DNA of 64,000 nucleotides from Chiloscyllium plagiosum (taxonomy: Eukaryota): the NCBI RefSeq assembly GCF_004010195.1, contig NC_057719.1:85318923-85382922 (forward strand), given 5' to 3'. Both the position numbers and the translations under genes were made by a program. The notes beneath the pieces are model-generated. The model was not told the DNA's origin. It made no database searches and saw only the letters and a list, made by a program, of their open reading frames with translations. Shown piece after piece: positions 52,691 through 64,000 of the stretch. How positions within the stretch are numbered: position 1 is the stretch's first letter; every line of letters starts with the position of its first letter.

Positions 52691-53864
52691 TAACAAACTG
52701 TCCATCGGAAGAAAAAGGGTTGCTTTTCAATCCAGGAGATACTGGAAATGAGAAGGTACAGTGCTGTTTAGCCACTTCCTATTTGTCTGGTGCTAAGTCA
52801 GATAAAGATGGCTTGCGCAACACACAAAACCCCACATAGGAACAACAGAGTAGGATGAGGGTTCAACAATATTAGTTCTGACAAAAATCATAGCCATTTT
52901 AGACAAACTCTTTAAAAGACTGTGTGAGAGGATAACCATTAGTTCATCCATCCAGAGAGTCTATTGTTCTCCTTAATCCAGAATAGTACGTAACATTTTC
53001 ATGACCGATTCCAAAGTTTTTCTCTGTTCCTGGGAGTCTATTCCCTGTACTGATCATTTTGTGAGAAAGGGTCCCTGCCTTACATTTGCGTTTGACAGAT
53101 TTGATGTCCCCTTGTTCTACTCTCACTATTTCGTTTGAAGTAATTATCTGGAACATACCTTTAACAAAACATTTAACCTACATAATCATTTCTAGTACTT
53201 CACTGTAATTAATTTTGATTAATTCAAGTGTACATCCAACTAATGATCAGTTCATCCCACGGGGTTTCAATTCACCCAAGTCTGTTCTGTTGTATTTAAT
53301 TGAATACCTTTTGAACATCTACTCATATTAACTTGGCTACCATCAATATTTGCTGTTACTTTATTCAAACATTCAATAAAATTAGTCAAACGTGATTTGG
53401 TTTCATAAATCTCATGCTGGCTTTCATTTATAAGCCCATAAATTTCCCACAGGCAATTAACTTTGCTCTCAATACTAACATTTGACTTGTCTTTGCTGGA
53501 TTTTGCACGCTCTCCTTTTTAGGGACATGGGTGTAACATCTGTAATCCTGGTATTCTCGCACTAAGGAGATTTTGAAGCTCACAATTTACACCCACAATT
53601 TCCCTAGCAAACTACAATGCATTCTATAATGACCAAATGATTTTACTGCTTTCAGCATTGCCAATGTACCTCTTCATCTGTTTCAAATCCCATCTCTTTT
53701 TGTTTTCCTTTTTAAATGTATTTTTGGCAGCATTCTCTCCTCTGGTGCCAACAGTTACTAAGCACACATTTAGGAGCTTTCCCATGCCTGCAGTCCAAGA
53801 AATTGTTGTTTTTGATCTTTAATAGGCCAAACCCTTCCTCGTGACTACTTGTTTAATATTTTAT

Positions 53865-54240
53865 ATAGAGTCAAACAGCACGGAAACAGACCCTTCGGTG
53901 CAACCAGTCTATGCCAAACATGATCCCAAACTAAACTAGTCCCACCTGCCTGCTCCTGACCCATATATTTCCAAACCTTTCCTATTCATGTACTAACTCA
54001 AATATCTTTTAAACGTTGAAATTATACCCACATCCACCACTTCCTAATGTCTTTTTAAAATCTCTCTCCTCTCACCTAAAAAAAGAATGCCCCCCTACTC
54101 TTGAAATCCCACATCCTAGGGAAAAGACAGCTGCCACTATCTCTATCTATACCCATCAATACTTTATAAACTTCTATAAAGTTACCTCTCAACCAGTGGG
54201 AAAAGTCCCAGCCTTTCTTTATAACTCAAAACTTCCATAT
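53865..54240 (-). mobile_element. HER1/CR1 LINE 3' fragment
   Basis: tagagtca...ggaaacagacccttcgg tail and decayed ORF2 end. Confidence 0.75.
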
Positions 54241-55380
54241 CCGGCACTATTCTGTTTAAAAGATTTGGGGCTACCTTTCACATTACCTGTTAACTTAGTC
54301 TGATACACTGTCTAACTCAAGTGTTTGCTCTGCATTTTTGTAATCAGCTTGGCTCTTTACTGTAATGGATTATGATCCTTATTACACACCCCCTTTATCT
54401 ACTTTATGTGAAACGCTTTATGTTTCATGTTTCATCATTGAAAGTGATCTTTTGGGAAGTGTCTCCAATCAGAATGGACCATATTTCTTTTTAACTCACT
54501 GAAATTAGCTCTCTTGTAGTTAAGCATTTTCATATTGATTTCTCAAGAATTCTTCCCCATTTCTTTCAAACTAAAATTGAGGATAATTGAAGACCTGCAT
54601 TGTTATGAATTATTTCACTCATTGTTCCTGATGTTTGAGTAAGCGAACTGTAGGCCTAAGTTACAATTGTAAGCCAATTATTCCCAGTTTTTGTGTTTAA
54701 CCACTGTAATACATATGGATGAAACATGATTCAAAACATCAGCTTCTTGTATGAGCAGCTCGATATGTAAAGGGATCTCATGCAAGGTCCAATTCAGCTC
54801 TAACGCCAGTATAACAAAAACAATCTGGTAGGAATGCAGACAATTCTATCCTTCTCTAAAAGGCAATTACATTTTTCTTTCTTGGGTATATGTTTCAGCT
54901 GCTGACTGACTTGAAGAAGTCAAGGTGAAGTTCCAAGACCCCACGTTGAGACACTGTTGCAGTTGGGCTATGCACTTTCAGCATTGTCTGTTACTGCTAC
55001 AGAACTAGCAACTTCATTCTGATTTTAATTGTTTTTAAACAACCAGCCTGTCTGCTGGATTTTGCTAAAGTAAACCACATGGTGACAGGTATTCTCTGTC
55101 CAAAGTCCTCACCCTTGAAGTTTACCTACCCTTCAACTTTGTTTATGAACACTCTACAATACCAAGAAGTATTTCACTGACACAGATTAAACATGTTAAG
55201 AAGTCCTCATATCAGACCAACTGGTAATCTTCTCAACATCATTCAGATGAATAAGGAGCAAATGTAGACCATTCAAGTCCTGCCATTCCATAAACTCACA
55301 GTTAATCTGTTTTTCTTTCAAATTCCACATTCCCATCTATATGAAAAGTTTAACATATGATCATTTGATGGTTTTTTTTT

Positions 55381-55693
55381 AGATTAGATTACATTACATT
55401 ACAGTGTGGAAACAGGCCCTTCGGCCCAACAAGTCCACACCGACCCGCCGAAGCGCAACCCACCCATACCCCTACATTTACCCCTTACCTAACACTACGG
55501 GCAATTTAGCATGGCCAATTCACCTTACCTGCACGTTTTTGGACTGTGGGAGGAAACCGGAGCACCCGGAGGAAACCCATGCAGACACGGGGAGAACATG
55601 CAAACTCCACACAGTCAGTCGCCTGAGGCGGGAATTGAACCCGGGTCTCTGGCACGGTGAGGCAGCAGTGCTAATCACTGTACCACCGTGCCG
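55381..55693 (-). mobile_element. HE1-like V-SINE (left member of the inverted pair)
   Basis: Full head, core and (tctaa) tail on the minus strand. Confidence 0.93.
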
Positions 55694-55760
55694 TTCTGGG
55701 CCTATACTTACGGGATATTGAAAGATGACTGGGGGATTCGATTGAAATTTTTAAAGAAGT

Positions 55761-56070
55761 GGGCGGCACGGTGGCTAGCACTGCTGCCTCACAGCGCCAG
55801 AGACCCGGGTTCAATTCCTGCCTCAGGCGACTGATTGTGTGGAGTTTGCACATTCTTCCCGTATCTGCGTGGGTTTCCTCTGGGTGCTCCGGTTCTCTCC
55901 CACAGTCCAAAAATGTGCAGGTTAGGTGAATTGGCCATGCCAAATTGCCCATAGTGTTAGGGGCAGGGACAAATATAGGGGAATGGTTCTGGGCGGACTG
56001 CGCTTTGGCGGGTCGGTGTGGACTTGTTGGGCCGAAGGGCCTGTTTCCACACTGTAAGTAATCTAATCTA
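55761..56070 (+). mobile_element. HE1-like V-SINE (right member of the inverted pair)
   Basis: gggcggcacggtggctagcac...gggcctgtttccacactgtaagtaatctaatcta. Confidence 0.93.
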
Positions 56071-57011
56071 TATCTGATAACCTTTAATTTATCTTCCTGA
56101 CAATATTGCATCTACAAAGGCAGAATGTTCTAATATCACACAACCCTCAAAGAATTTTCTCTCACTTCTGTACTAAAAGGGCAACTTCCAATTTTACAAT
56201 TGTGCCCCCAGAGTTCTGTGCTCTGCCACAAGAGAGAACATTGCTTCCACATCTACCTTGTCAAGACTGTTCAGGAACTTGTTCACTTCAATCAAGGCAC
56301 CCCTCACTCTTTCAATTCGCAGTGAAAACTCACCCAGCATGTTCAATCTTTCCTTGGCAGAGAACCCACATGTCCAGGTGTTAATCTAGCAAACCTCCTC
56401 TGAACAGCCTTCAAATCATTTACATCATTCCTTAAATAAAGGAGACCAAAGCTGCACCCACTATTGGAATTGTGGTCTCATCAATGTCCTGAACAACTGA
56501 AACATAACATTCTTGCCAAAATAATACCCAATGTTCAGCACCTTTTGAGGGATCTCCCACACTCAGTAGTGTTGCAATCCCTAGAACAATTCCCATGACA
56601 TTGTAATCAATGCCAATAACAGGACTAAAAGGAGGTCCTAATTATTAAGGGAATCAAGATGATAGAGATAAAGCAGGAAAGTGGAGTTAAGCATTGTCAG
56701 GTCAGCCACAATCTCATTAAACAGCAGAGCAGACAATGGACTATTTGACTTGTTCCTAATCCGACACCTTACAATACCTTATCCAAGTTTCCATTCTTCA
56801 CACAGAGAATAGGGGAGCTGGCATTGGCAAGTTATTCAATGGTAGAAGAGTTAATAATGTAACCCAACCAGAGTCTGTCCACAGCTTTTGCTCCTGTGTG
56901 TACACTTGCCAGTGGGGGTCCTTTGATATCAAATTAGAATCCAGTAGTGTTCTTCCACTGATATCCCAATGCCTTAATGCAAATGGAACCAAAGCTCTAC
57001 TTATTAGCACA

Positions 57012-57285
57012 GAATTCCTACAGTGTGGAAGCAGGCCATCCGGCCTATTGGGCCAACACCGCCCCGCTGAACAGCATCCTATCCAGACCCAACCCCTATC
57101 CTATCCCTGTAACCTTGCATTTTCCATGGCTAATCCACCTAACCTACACATTTGGGCTGTGGGAGGAAACCGGAGCACCCAGAGGAAACCCATGCAGACA
57201 TGGGGAGAATGTGCAAACTCCGAGGCTGGAATCAAACTCCGGTCTCTCGCGCTGTGTGGCAGCAGTGCTAACCACTGAATCACCA
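57012..57285 (-). mobile_element. HE1-like V-SINE
   Basis: ctgtgggaggaaaccggagcacc core and cagtgctaaccactga head on the minus strand. Confidence 0.85.
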
Positions 57286-57399
57286 TACTGATACCAGAAT
57301 TTGGCAAGTTCTGTGTCAAAATCCAACAGCATAGACTAGTTTGGGCCAAAGTGCCTGTCTCCGTGCTGTAGGACTCTACCCTCACCTCAGAGAGGTACC

Positions 57400-58610
57400 A
57401 CATATGAAATAGAAGCAGGAGTTGATCTACTCCACCTTTCATGGTTGATTTGATTGCGGCCTCAACACCCTATGCCTGCCTGTCTACGCTATCCTTTGAC
57501 TCCCTTGTTAGTCAAGAATCCATCTACCTCTGCCTTAAGTATTCAATGACCATCCACCTCCACCACACTCTCAGGAAAAATGGCTCTCCTCACTTCTGAA
57601 GGGACACGGGGCCTTGAAACATTCTCTCTGCTTTCTCTACACTGATCCTGACAGACCTGCTGAGTTTCTCTGACAACTTCTGTTTTTGTTTCGACTTTCC
57701 AAAATCCACAGCTCTTTGTTTTATTTTCATTCTCCTCACTGCCATCTTAAATGGGAGACCTCTTATTTTTAAACTATGCCCCTATTCTAGCCTCCCTCAT
57801 AAGGGGAAACATCCTTTTAGCACCTGCCCTGTCAACTCTCCACAGGATGTAAGATGTTTCGGAAAGATTACTATTTATTTTTCTAAACTCCAATTGACAC
57901 AGGCCAAACAAAGTCCATTTTTTTCTCATTAGGTAAGTATCCTCACAAGGACAAAAACAGAAATTGATAGAAAAGCTTAGCAGGTCTAGCAGCATCTAAG
58001 GAGAGAATTCAGAGTTAATGTTTTGGGTCCAATGACTTTTCCTCAGAGCTAGATCATAAGGATCTTCACAGGTATCCTCATCCCTTCCACGTAAAACAAG
58101 TATCAGTTGGGTGAACACATTCTGAACTGCTTCTAACATATTCATATCTTTTACAAAGAAAGATCAAAACACCAGACATGGTCTCAACACTACTCTGTAC
58201 AGCGCTTGCACTAAATGACAATTGGTTTTCTACTCATCGGCTGAACTGGTATACATTTTGTTTTGAGAGCCAAGTGTAAGGACACCCATATCTCTCTGTA
58301 CCAGAGTATTCTGCAGCTATCTCTCCATTAAAATAAAACGCTGCTTTTATTTTCTTCCTTGCATAGTGGACAAGTTCATATCTTACAACATAATATTTAA
58401 TGTGCCAAATATTTGCACAGTTAATTAACCTATCCATATTTCTTTGTAGACTCCATATATCCTTTGAAGAATGTATTTGTGTACCTATTTTTATATCATC
58501 AGCAAAGTGAGCAACTATAAATATGGTCAAGTTATTGATACAGATTATAAATAGTTGAGGTCCCAAACGATCCCCGTGGTACTATCATTTCTTGCCAATT
58601 ACCTATTTAG
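57400..58610 (-). mobile_element. Old CR1-type LINE fragment interrupted by short Penelope-type inserts (about 57590-57725 and 57950-58050)
   Basis: ORF 58234 (GPQLFIICINNL...FADDIKIG) and ORF 57774 (KRMFPLM). Confidence 0.7.
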
Positions 58611-59538
58611 GCCTATTCCCTGGATTCCTACTAGCTAGAGGCAATAAAGAAACCCTGTTGTGGATTTCTATCTCATTTACTCATTTCCCCTCATCAATGA
58701 TCCTAAACCTTTCTTGTCTCCATCACATTCAACATCTTAACTGACCTTGTTTTGACCTAATGCCAATTCAACCTCACCATTGAGACTCCATAATACACTT
58801 CACCTGCACTTCAATATCATCCAATAACATCACTGTAGCTACAGCTTAATGATATTCCTCATCATCCTTATCCCCATTTTCACCCCAGCTAATTTACTGC
58901 ACAATGATCCTGCTATCGTCCTACATCACGAACTTCACAGAAATCTCAATCATCATTGTATTTCAATATCTGATCTTATACTTCACACTACCACTAAATA
59001 AATCCAACCAGGACCTAGAGTCTTATTTCACTCTTTAAAGTTAGACCTGTTCACTGACTGTATTCTCTCCACTTAGTCCCTATTACACCATCCGACTCTG
59101 CAGTCAAAACCCATGTGGATGAAACTGCATTAAACATGCATATAGATAAAACAAATACTCAAGTAAAATTCCTGTATTTGAACTTCTCATAACCAGTTTA
59201 ATTTCTTCTTTAAAAATAACAACTGGGTACTTCACATGTAAACATACTGGCTTTCCTGGAGTTTTAAAGATAGATTGCTTTGTTCTTAGACCAACTGCTG
59301 AAAGATTGATCCTCAGATTATCATTGATTATACTAATTTCAATGTAATAGGAATCAGCATCAGTGAACCAAATGTTATCGAACTGCTGTGCTTATATTGT
59401 TGTATGATTTCATTGGACGGCAGTCTTTGAGTACCTCGACAAAATGGTTACTTTTGTGCATGAACTTTACCTTTGGCAGAAGCCTAATTCACCTGCATTT
59501 AATACTTTACAAAGATCTGAAAGTGATCTTGCACTTAC

Positions 59539-59615
59539 CACTTCATCTAAATTCTTTGCAATCTTAATTTCCTCTTCTTCATTGAGCTGGGCTTCTCTTT
59601 CACGGGCCTCTAAGT
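59539..59615 (-). CDS. DNAJC17: DNAJC17 coding exon (approx. exon 5), (D)LEAREREAQLNEEEEIKIAKNLDEV
   Basis: 77 bp; caattttag|ACTTAG...GAAGTG|gtaagt; phase 1 to 0. Confidence 0.92.
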
Positions 59616-59848
59616 CTAAAATTGAACAACAGTTTTACCTGTAATTAAGTTCATACATCATAACCTACCAATACCAAAAATTAGGAATTTTTTGCATGTC
59701 CCCCATGCTGAGTTTAAACTCTTTACAGACTTCAGTTAATGTTTTGTAGTCCTAGAGATAAAAAATGTTTGTTCCATAAAAAGGAACCTATTCATTGACC
59801 CTGCCTATTACTAGCATTAGACATGGTCAACTAGGCACAATTAATTAA

Positions 59849-60034
59849 AGAGTTGGAAGTGCTGGTGTTAGACTGGGGTATACAAAGTTAAATATCACAC
59901 AACACCAGGTTATAATACAGCGGGTTTATTTGGAAGCAGTAGCTTTCAAAAATACAACCACCTGATGAAGGAGCAGCGCTTTGAAAGCTTACGCTTCCAA
60001 ATAAACTTGTTGGACCTGGTGTGTGATTTTTAAC
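59849..60034. mobile_element. Palindromic Penelope-derived mini-element (family B), diverged
   Basis: Same arms as the 23168 element; CTGATGA-aggagcagcgcttt-GAAAGCT at 59962-59989 on +; flanked by ttaattaa on both sides. Confidence 0.72.
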
Positions 60035-61574
60035 TTAATTAATGAGTAAAGCTTTACCCCAACCTTAGAAAATGGCATTGAGAGAGAAGCTTCTCTATCT
60101 CTGCACCATAGGTTGAATTTCATTGAGACAGACTGATTATGGAAGTATTTCAAAACATTGGCAGGATTTTATTTTACTTCCATGTGGTTTCAGAGTGAGT
60201 ATCTATGGCTGCACTGGATAGCATGGAGGTGGCATAGAGGAGCATGAGGCACTCACCAAGGAACAGTCACTTCCAAACTTTCGCCAGAGGCAGAAGGCCC
60301 AACTTGAGAGAATAAAGTGTACACGTGAAATTCAATTTCATGGAGATGAATTGGCCAACTTAGGACATATCCCCACTCAAGCCACCTGCCTCTATGGTGC
60401 AATATGGTCCATGCGTCCTGTGACCTTTGAACAGGATTATCTCGAAAATTGAAGGAGCAAGGGTTTTTATTGACACACTGAATGTAAAAGTATTTCACAC
60501 TGGGTTCTAACTAACAATACTCAGGGGAAATTTTGGCTAATTTTTGTCTATTTTAGACTCAAATGTGTTAGCCCTGGCATCAGAAAACTCCAAGTGGCAG
60601 TCAGTGAAATTGCTTGCCACACAGAAAGTAAGTACAAAGAGGGGTGCCAAAATGATCAACCATTTAATCTGTGTGGCGGAGTCTGGCAACTCTTAATAGG
60701 AACACGGCTGGAATTCAAAGTCAACCAGTATGAGTGAATTGAGTAACCAAATTCAGATCATATCAGTACAGGTTAACGATCAGTTTAGCTTCAACATGTT
60801 TTATGATTATCCCACAATAATAATCAGACTGCGGGCAGTTGATAGGAGCCCCTTCAGTTTCAAATTGTCATTCAATAACATTTTATTGATGGCCACAGAA
60901 GTCACTGACAATGGGGTGAATGGAACGCGAGTGGCTGCCTGCAATTTTTCCTGTGATTAACAGTCTGCAAAGAGGAAAACAATGTGCTGCTATTGAAGCA
61001 AACCCTTTAAATCACCCTAAAGGTAATAACCCCCAATTCAAAAAGCAATCCTTGGTTGGAGAATGAAAAAAATATAGAGGAAACAATACAAATTTCAGCT
61101 CATATCAATCAATATCTTGTACCCTGACAGACAGTGAATGAAGGCCATTACAGGTGTCACAGCACATCCAGAAAAGACTATAGGGCAAAGGAGAATAGGA
61201 CTAAAAATAGTCTTTAGTATTTGTTATGAGTTTCGATGCTCGGTTTGAAGCATCATATTTTTTTTTCTCTGCGAAATACAACATATTTCAAACTTTGGTG
61301 CATCTTACCATCTATTCATTGATCACACAGCAATGATCATTCTTCGTGAAAGTGTTGAATATTTGTCATTCTGATTGTGAGGTAGATCATTGAGAGTTTC
61401 AAGGGAATACTTGCCCACTTTGTACATCTAATTTCAGAAATGGATAGTCAATAAAACTGATAAGACAAAGGTGTGTCCCTTCTACTCTGCTGTGTCAAGG
61501 GCTTCAATGTCAACCACAGGAAAACTTCAAGCATTATTAAGCATTTCGATGTTATAGAGATATGTTATTCAACG

Positions 61575-62840
61575 TCAACATGGCTTCATCAAGGGGAGGT
61601 CATGCCTGACAGATTTGTTAGAATTCTTTGAGGAAATAACGAGCAGGTTAGACCAAGGAGAGCCAATGGAAGTTGTCTACCTGAACTTCAAGTTGGCCTT
61701 TGACAAGGTGCCGCACAGGAGGCTACTGAGTGAGAGAAGGGTCCATGGTGTTACAAGCAAGGTGCTAGCATGGATAGATGATTGGCTGCCCGACAGAGAG
61801 CAGAGTGGGAATACAGGGCCCTTCTCAGGATGGTTGCCTGTGACAACTGGTGCTCCGCAAGACTCTAAGTTGGGCCCAAGACTTTTCACTTTATACATTA
61901 ACAATCTAGATGAAGGAACTGAGGATATTCTGACTAAGTTTGCAGATGACACAAAGATAGGTAGGGGGATAGGTAGCATTGAGGTGGCGGGAGGCTGCAA
62001 AACAATTTCAGTAGGTGAGGAGAGTGGGCAAACAGTGGCAGATGGAGTACAATATGGCAAAGTGCGAGGTCATGCACTTTGGTAGGAAGAATAGACTATT
62101 TTATAAATTGGGAGCAAATTCAGAAATCTGAAATGCAAAGACACTTGGGAGCCCTATTCCAGGATTCTCTCAAGGTAAACTTGCAGGTTGAGTCCGTAGT
62201 TAGGAAGGCAAATGCAATATGGCACTTATTTTGAGAGGACGAATATAAAAGCAGGGATGTAGTTCTGAGGCTTTATAAGGCTCTGGTCAGACCACATTTG
62301 GCGTATTGTATGCAGTTTGGGCCCCATATCTCAGGAAGGATGTACTGGCCCTGGAGCATGTTCAGAGGAGGTTCATGAGAATGGTTCCAGGAATGAAAAG
62401 CTTAACATATGAGGAATGTTTCAGGATTCTGGATCTATACTCGATGGAGTTTAGAAGGATGAGGGGGGACTCTAAATACAACACACAGAAGACTGATGGC
62501 CTGGACAGAGTAGATGTTGGGAAGATGTTTCCGTTGGTAGGAGAGGCGAGGTACTGCGGACACAGTCTTACAGTAAAAGGAAGACATTTTAGAATGGAGA
62601 GAAGGAGAAACTTCTTCAGCCAGAGAGTGGTGAATCTATAGAATTCACTTCCACAAAAGGCTGTGGAGACCAGGTCATTAAGTATATTTAAGAATGAGAT
62701 AGATAGGCTCTTGAGTGTCAAGGAGATCAAGGGTTAGGGGGAGAAAGTGGGAAAGTGGGGTTGAGAAACATATCAGCCATGACTGAGCAGACTTGATGGA
62801 CTGAATGGCCTAAACTGTGCTCCTATATCTTATGGTCTTA
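61575..62840 (+). mobile_element. CR1-type LINE ORF2 3' fragment with tail
   Basis: ORF 61615 (AFDKVPHRRLL, YINNLD, KFADDTKIG) and ORF 62306 (WAPYLRKD, RRNFFSQRVVNL); tcttatggtcttat tail. Confidence 0.93.
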
Positions 62841-62952
62841 TTCAGGTGAAAGATAGCACACCCTGGACTATCCAGTGCTGTGACAGCTCAAGCCTTTGGT
62901 GCTTAATCTGTCACCTCAATCTACTTGCACTGCTTTTTCCAATTGTACATAC

Positions 62953-63040
62953 CAAGCTTTACTTTCTTTCTCTTGCTGTCGAGTTTCTGGTTCCTCTCTG
63001 CTGCCTGCTTTTTCGCTTTTCTGATTTTATCATAGGCTGC
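62953..63040 (-). CDS. DNAJC17: DNAJC17 coding exon (approx. exon 4), [29 protein letters not shown](D)
   Basis: 88 bp; minus strand ttccacttcaag|GCAGCC...CTTG|gtatgt; phase 0 to 1. Confidence 0.93.
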
Positions 63041-63289
63041 CTTGAAGTGGAAGAAAATTGAGAGAGTTAATTTGCCCATCACAGATACCTACAAGAGATG
63101 TGACCTTAGACTTGATTTGGAGATGCTGGTGTAGGACTGGGGCATACAAAATCAAAAATCACACAACACCAGGTTATAGTCCAGTTTACAGTGTTTACAG
63201 TTGGAAAAGGCAACCCTTCAGGATAAGAACATGTGTGCACCAAACCCGATATTGATGTTCAGGGCATATCACATGGCTGTGCTGAAAGC

Positions 63290-63550
63290 CAGATGGTTTG
63301 GTTTGGAACTCCAGTTATCAGCCCTACCCCTGTTTATTGCACCTTTATCCAGATTTAACTCCATTTGCCATTTTTCAGACTATTCACTCATTTGATCAAG
63401 ATCCCTTGGTAATCTTAGATAACCTTCTTCAGCACCACATTTTTCAACTCTAACCTTCTTCACTGTCTACTATGCCACTAATTTTGGTGTTGTCTGCAAA
63501 CTTACTAACTGTGCCTGCTATATTCTCATCCAAATCATTTATATAAATTA
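63290..63550 (-). mobile_element. Short HER1/CR1 RT fragment
   Basis: Minus strand tatatgaatgatttggatgag...aagtttgcagacaacaccaaaatt. Confidence 0.7.
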
Positions 63551-64000
63551 CATCTGAAGTATTCTCCTTTGCTGGCACCCCACGATTCAATGGTACACTT
63601 CCAGCATCTTTGATCTAATTTTACATGGGTCCCAAAAGCCAGTGGAGGTAGTGCCAAACATGGGTCTCCACCTCATTTGCCCTTCTAAAGAATTAGAAGA
63701 ACAAAGCAGGGAAAGTAATGCTCATGGTCTTGGCTTCAGTTCTGCTTTCGCACTGCACAAAAAAATGATAGCAGAATGCCATCAGAAATAAGATTTAAGT
63801 TGAGAAACCTACACCAATAGTTTTGCATTCAGTACACAGGGTTTGTTATGGCTGGTTTGAATACATCCAGTGCTCAATATTGAGACTGGAAAGAAGATAA
63901 ATCAGCAGCAGCAAAAAAACAGAACAAAGACAGTGACTGCAGGCTGTCCTGTGAGAAAGCAAATCTGTTGACGATTAAGGTGTTTAGGAGAAAGGCGAGA

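Larger units (their letters stand above)
27890..63040 (-). other. DNAJC17: DNAJC17 (DnaJ/Hsp40 subfamily C member 17), partial gene span with 7 internal coding exons
   Basis: Seven GT-AG exons with compatible phases splice to [39 protein letters not shown]...IARLREEGSRHLEEQQRL...TPKLKLKWKCKKDDESNGGYS...YGEVLNLLISSKKKGSAIVEF...ELAFKNETGLTSNPLKISWLEG. This is collinear with the DNAJC17 coiled-coil plus RRM region as I recall it. Confidence 0.95.

Noticed and set aside
55761..55830. tRNA-like sequence with box A/B
   Set aside because: It is the head of an HE1-type SINE, continuous with the SINE core and tail; no full cloverleaf.
55404..56111. ORFs containing NLAWPIHLTCT...RKPEHPEETHADTGR
   Set aside because: Recurrent translation of SINE antisense sequence, seen at many SINE copies.

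Overview
Vertebrate genomic DNA, most likely from a shark or other elasmobranch, judged by HE1-type V-SINEs and HER1/CR1 LINEs that share a 3' tail. Seven minus-strand coding exons of DNAJC17 (27890-63040) have GT-AG boundaries and splice into one open frame. The first J-domain exons and the last exon were not found in the window. On the plus strand, inside the presumed last DNAJC17 intron, is a single-coding-exon BORG/CDC42EP-family gene (290-868) with an intact CRIB motif. By position and motifs it is the probable orthologue of human C15orf62. The rest is intronic and repeat-rich: CR1/HER1 LINE fragments, about 10 HE1 SINEs (including a tight inverted pair), a TA-flanked MITE, two long decayed Penelope-like elements and one 550-N gap. 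The most unusual signal is a set of 90-210 bp Penelope-derived mini-elements. Most are palindromic and flanked by 8-16 bp direct repeats, and they carry minimal hammerhead-ribozyme cores (CUGANGA-stem II-GAAA). Several lie on the DNAJC17 pre-mRNA strand. All calls were made by eye and repeat boundaries are approximate.
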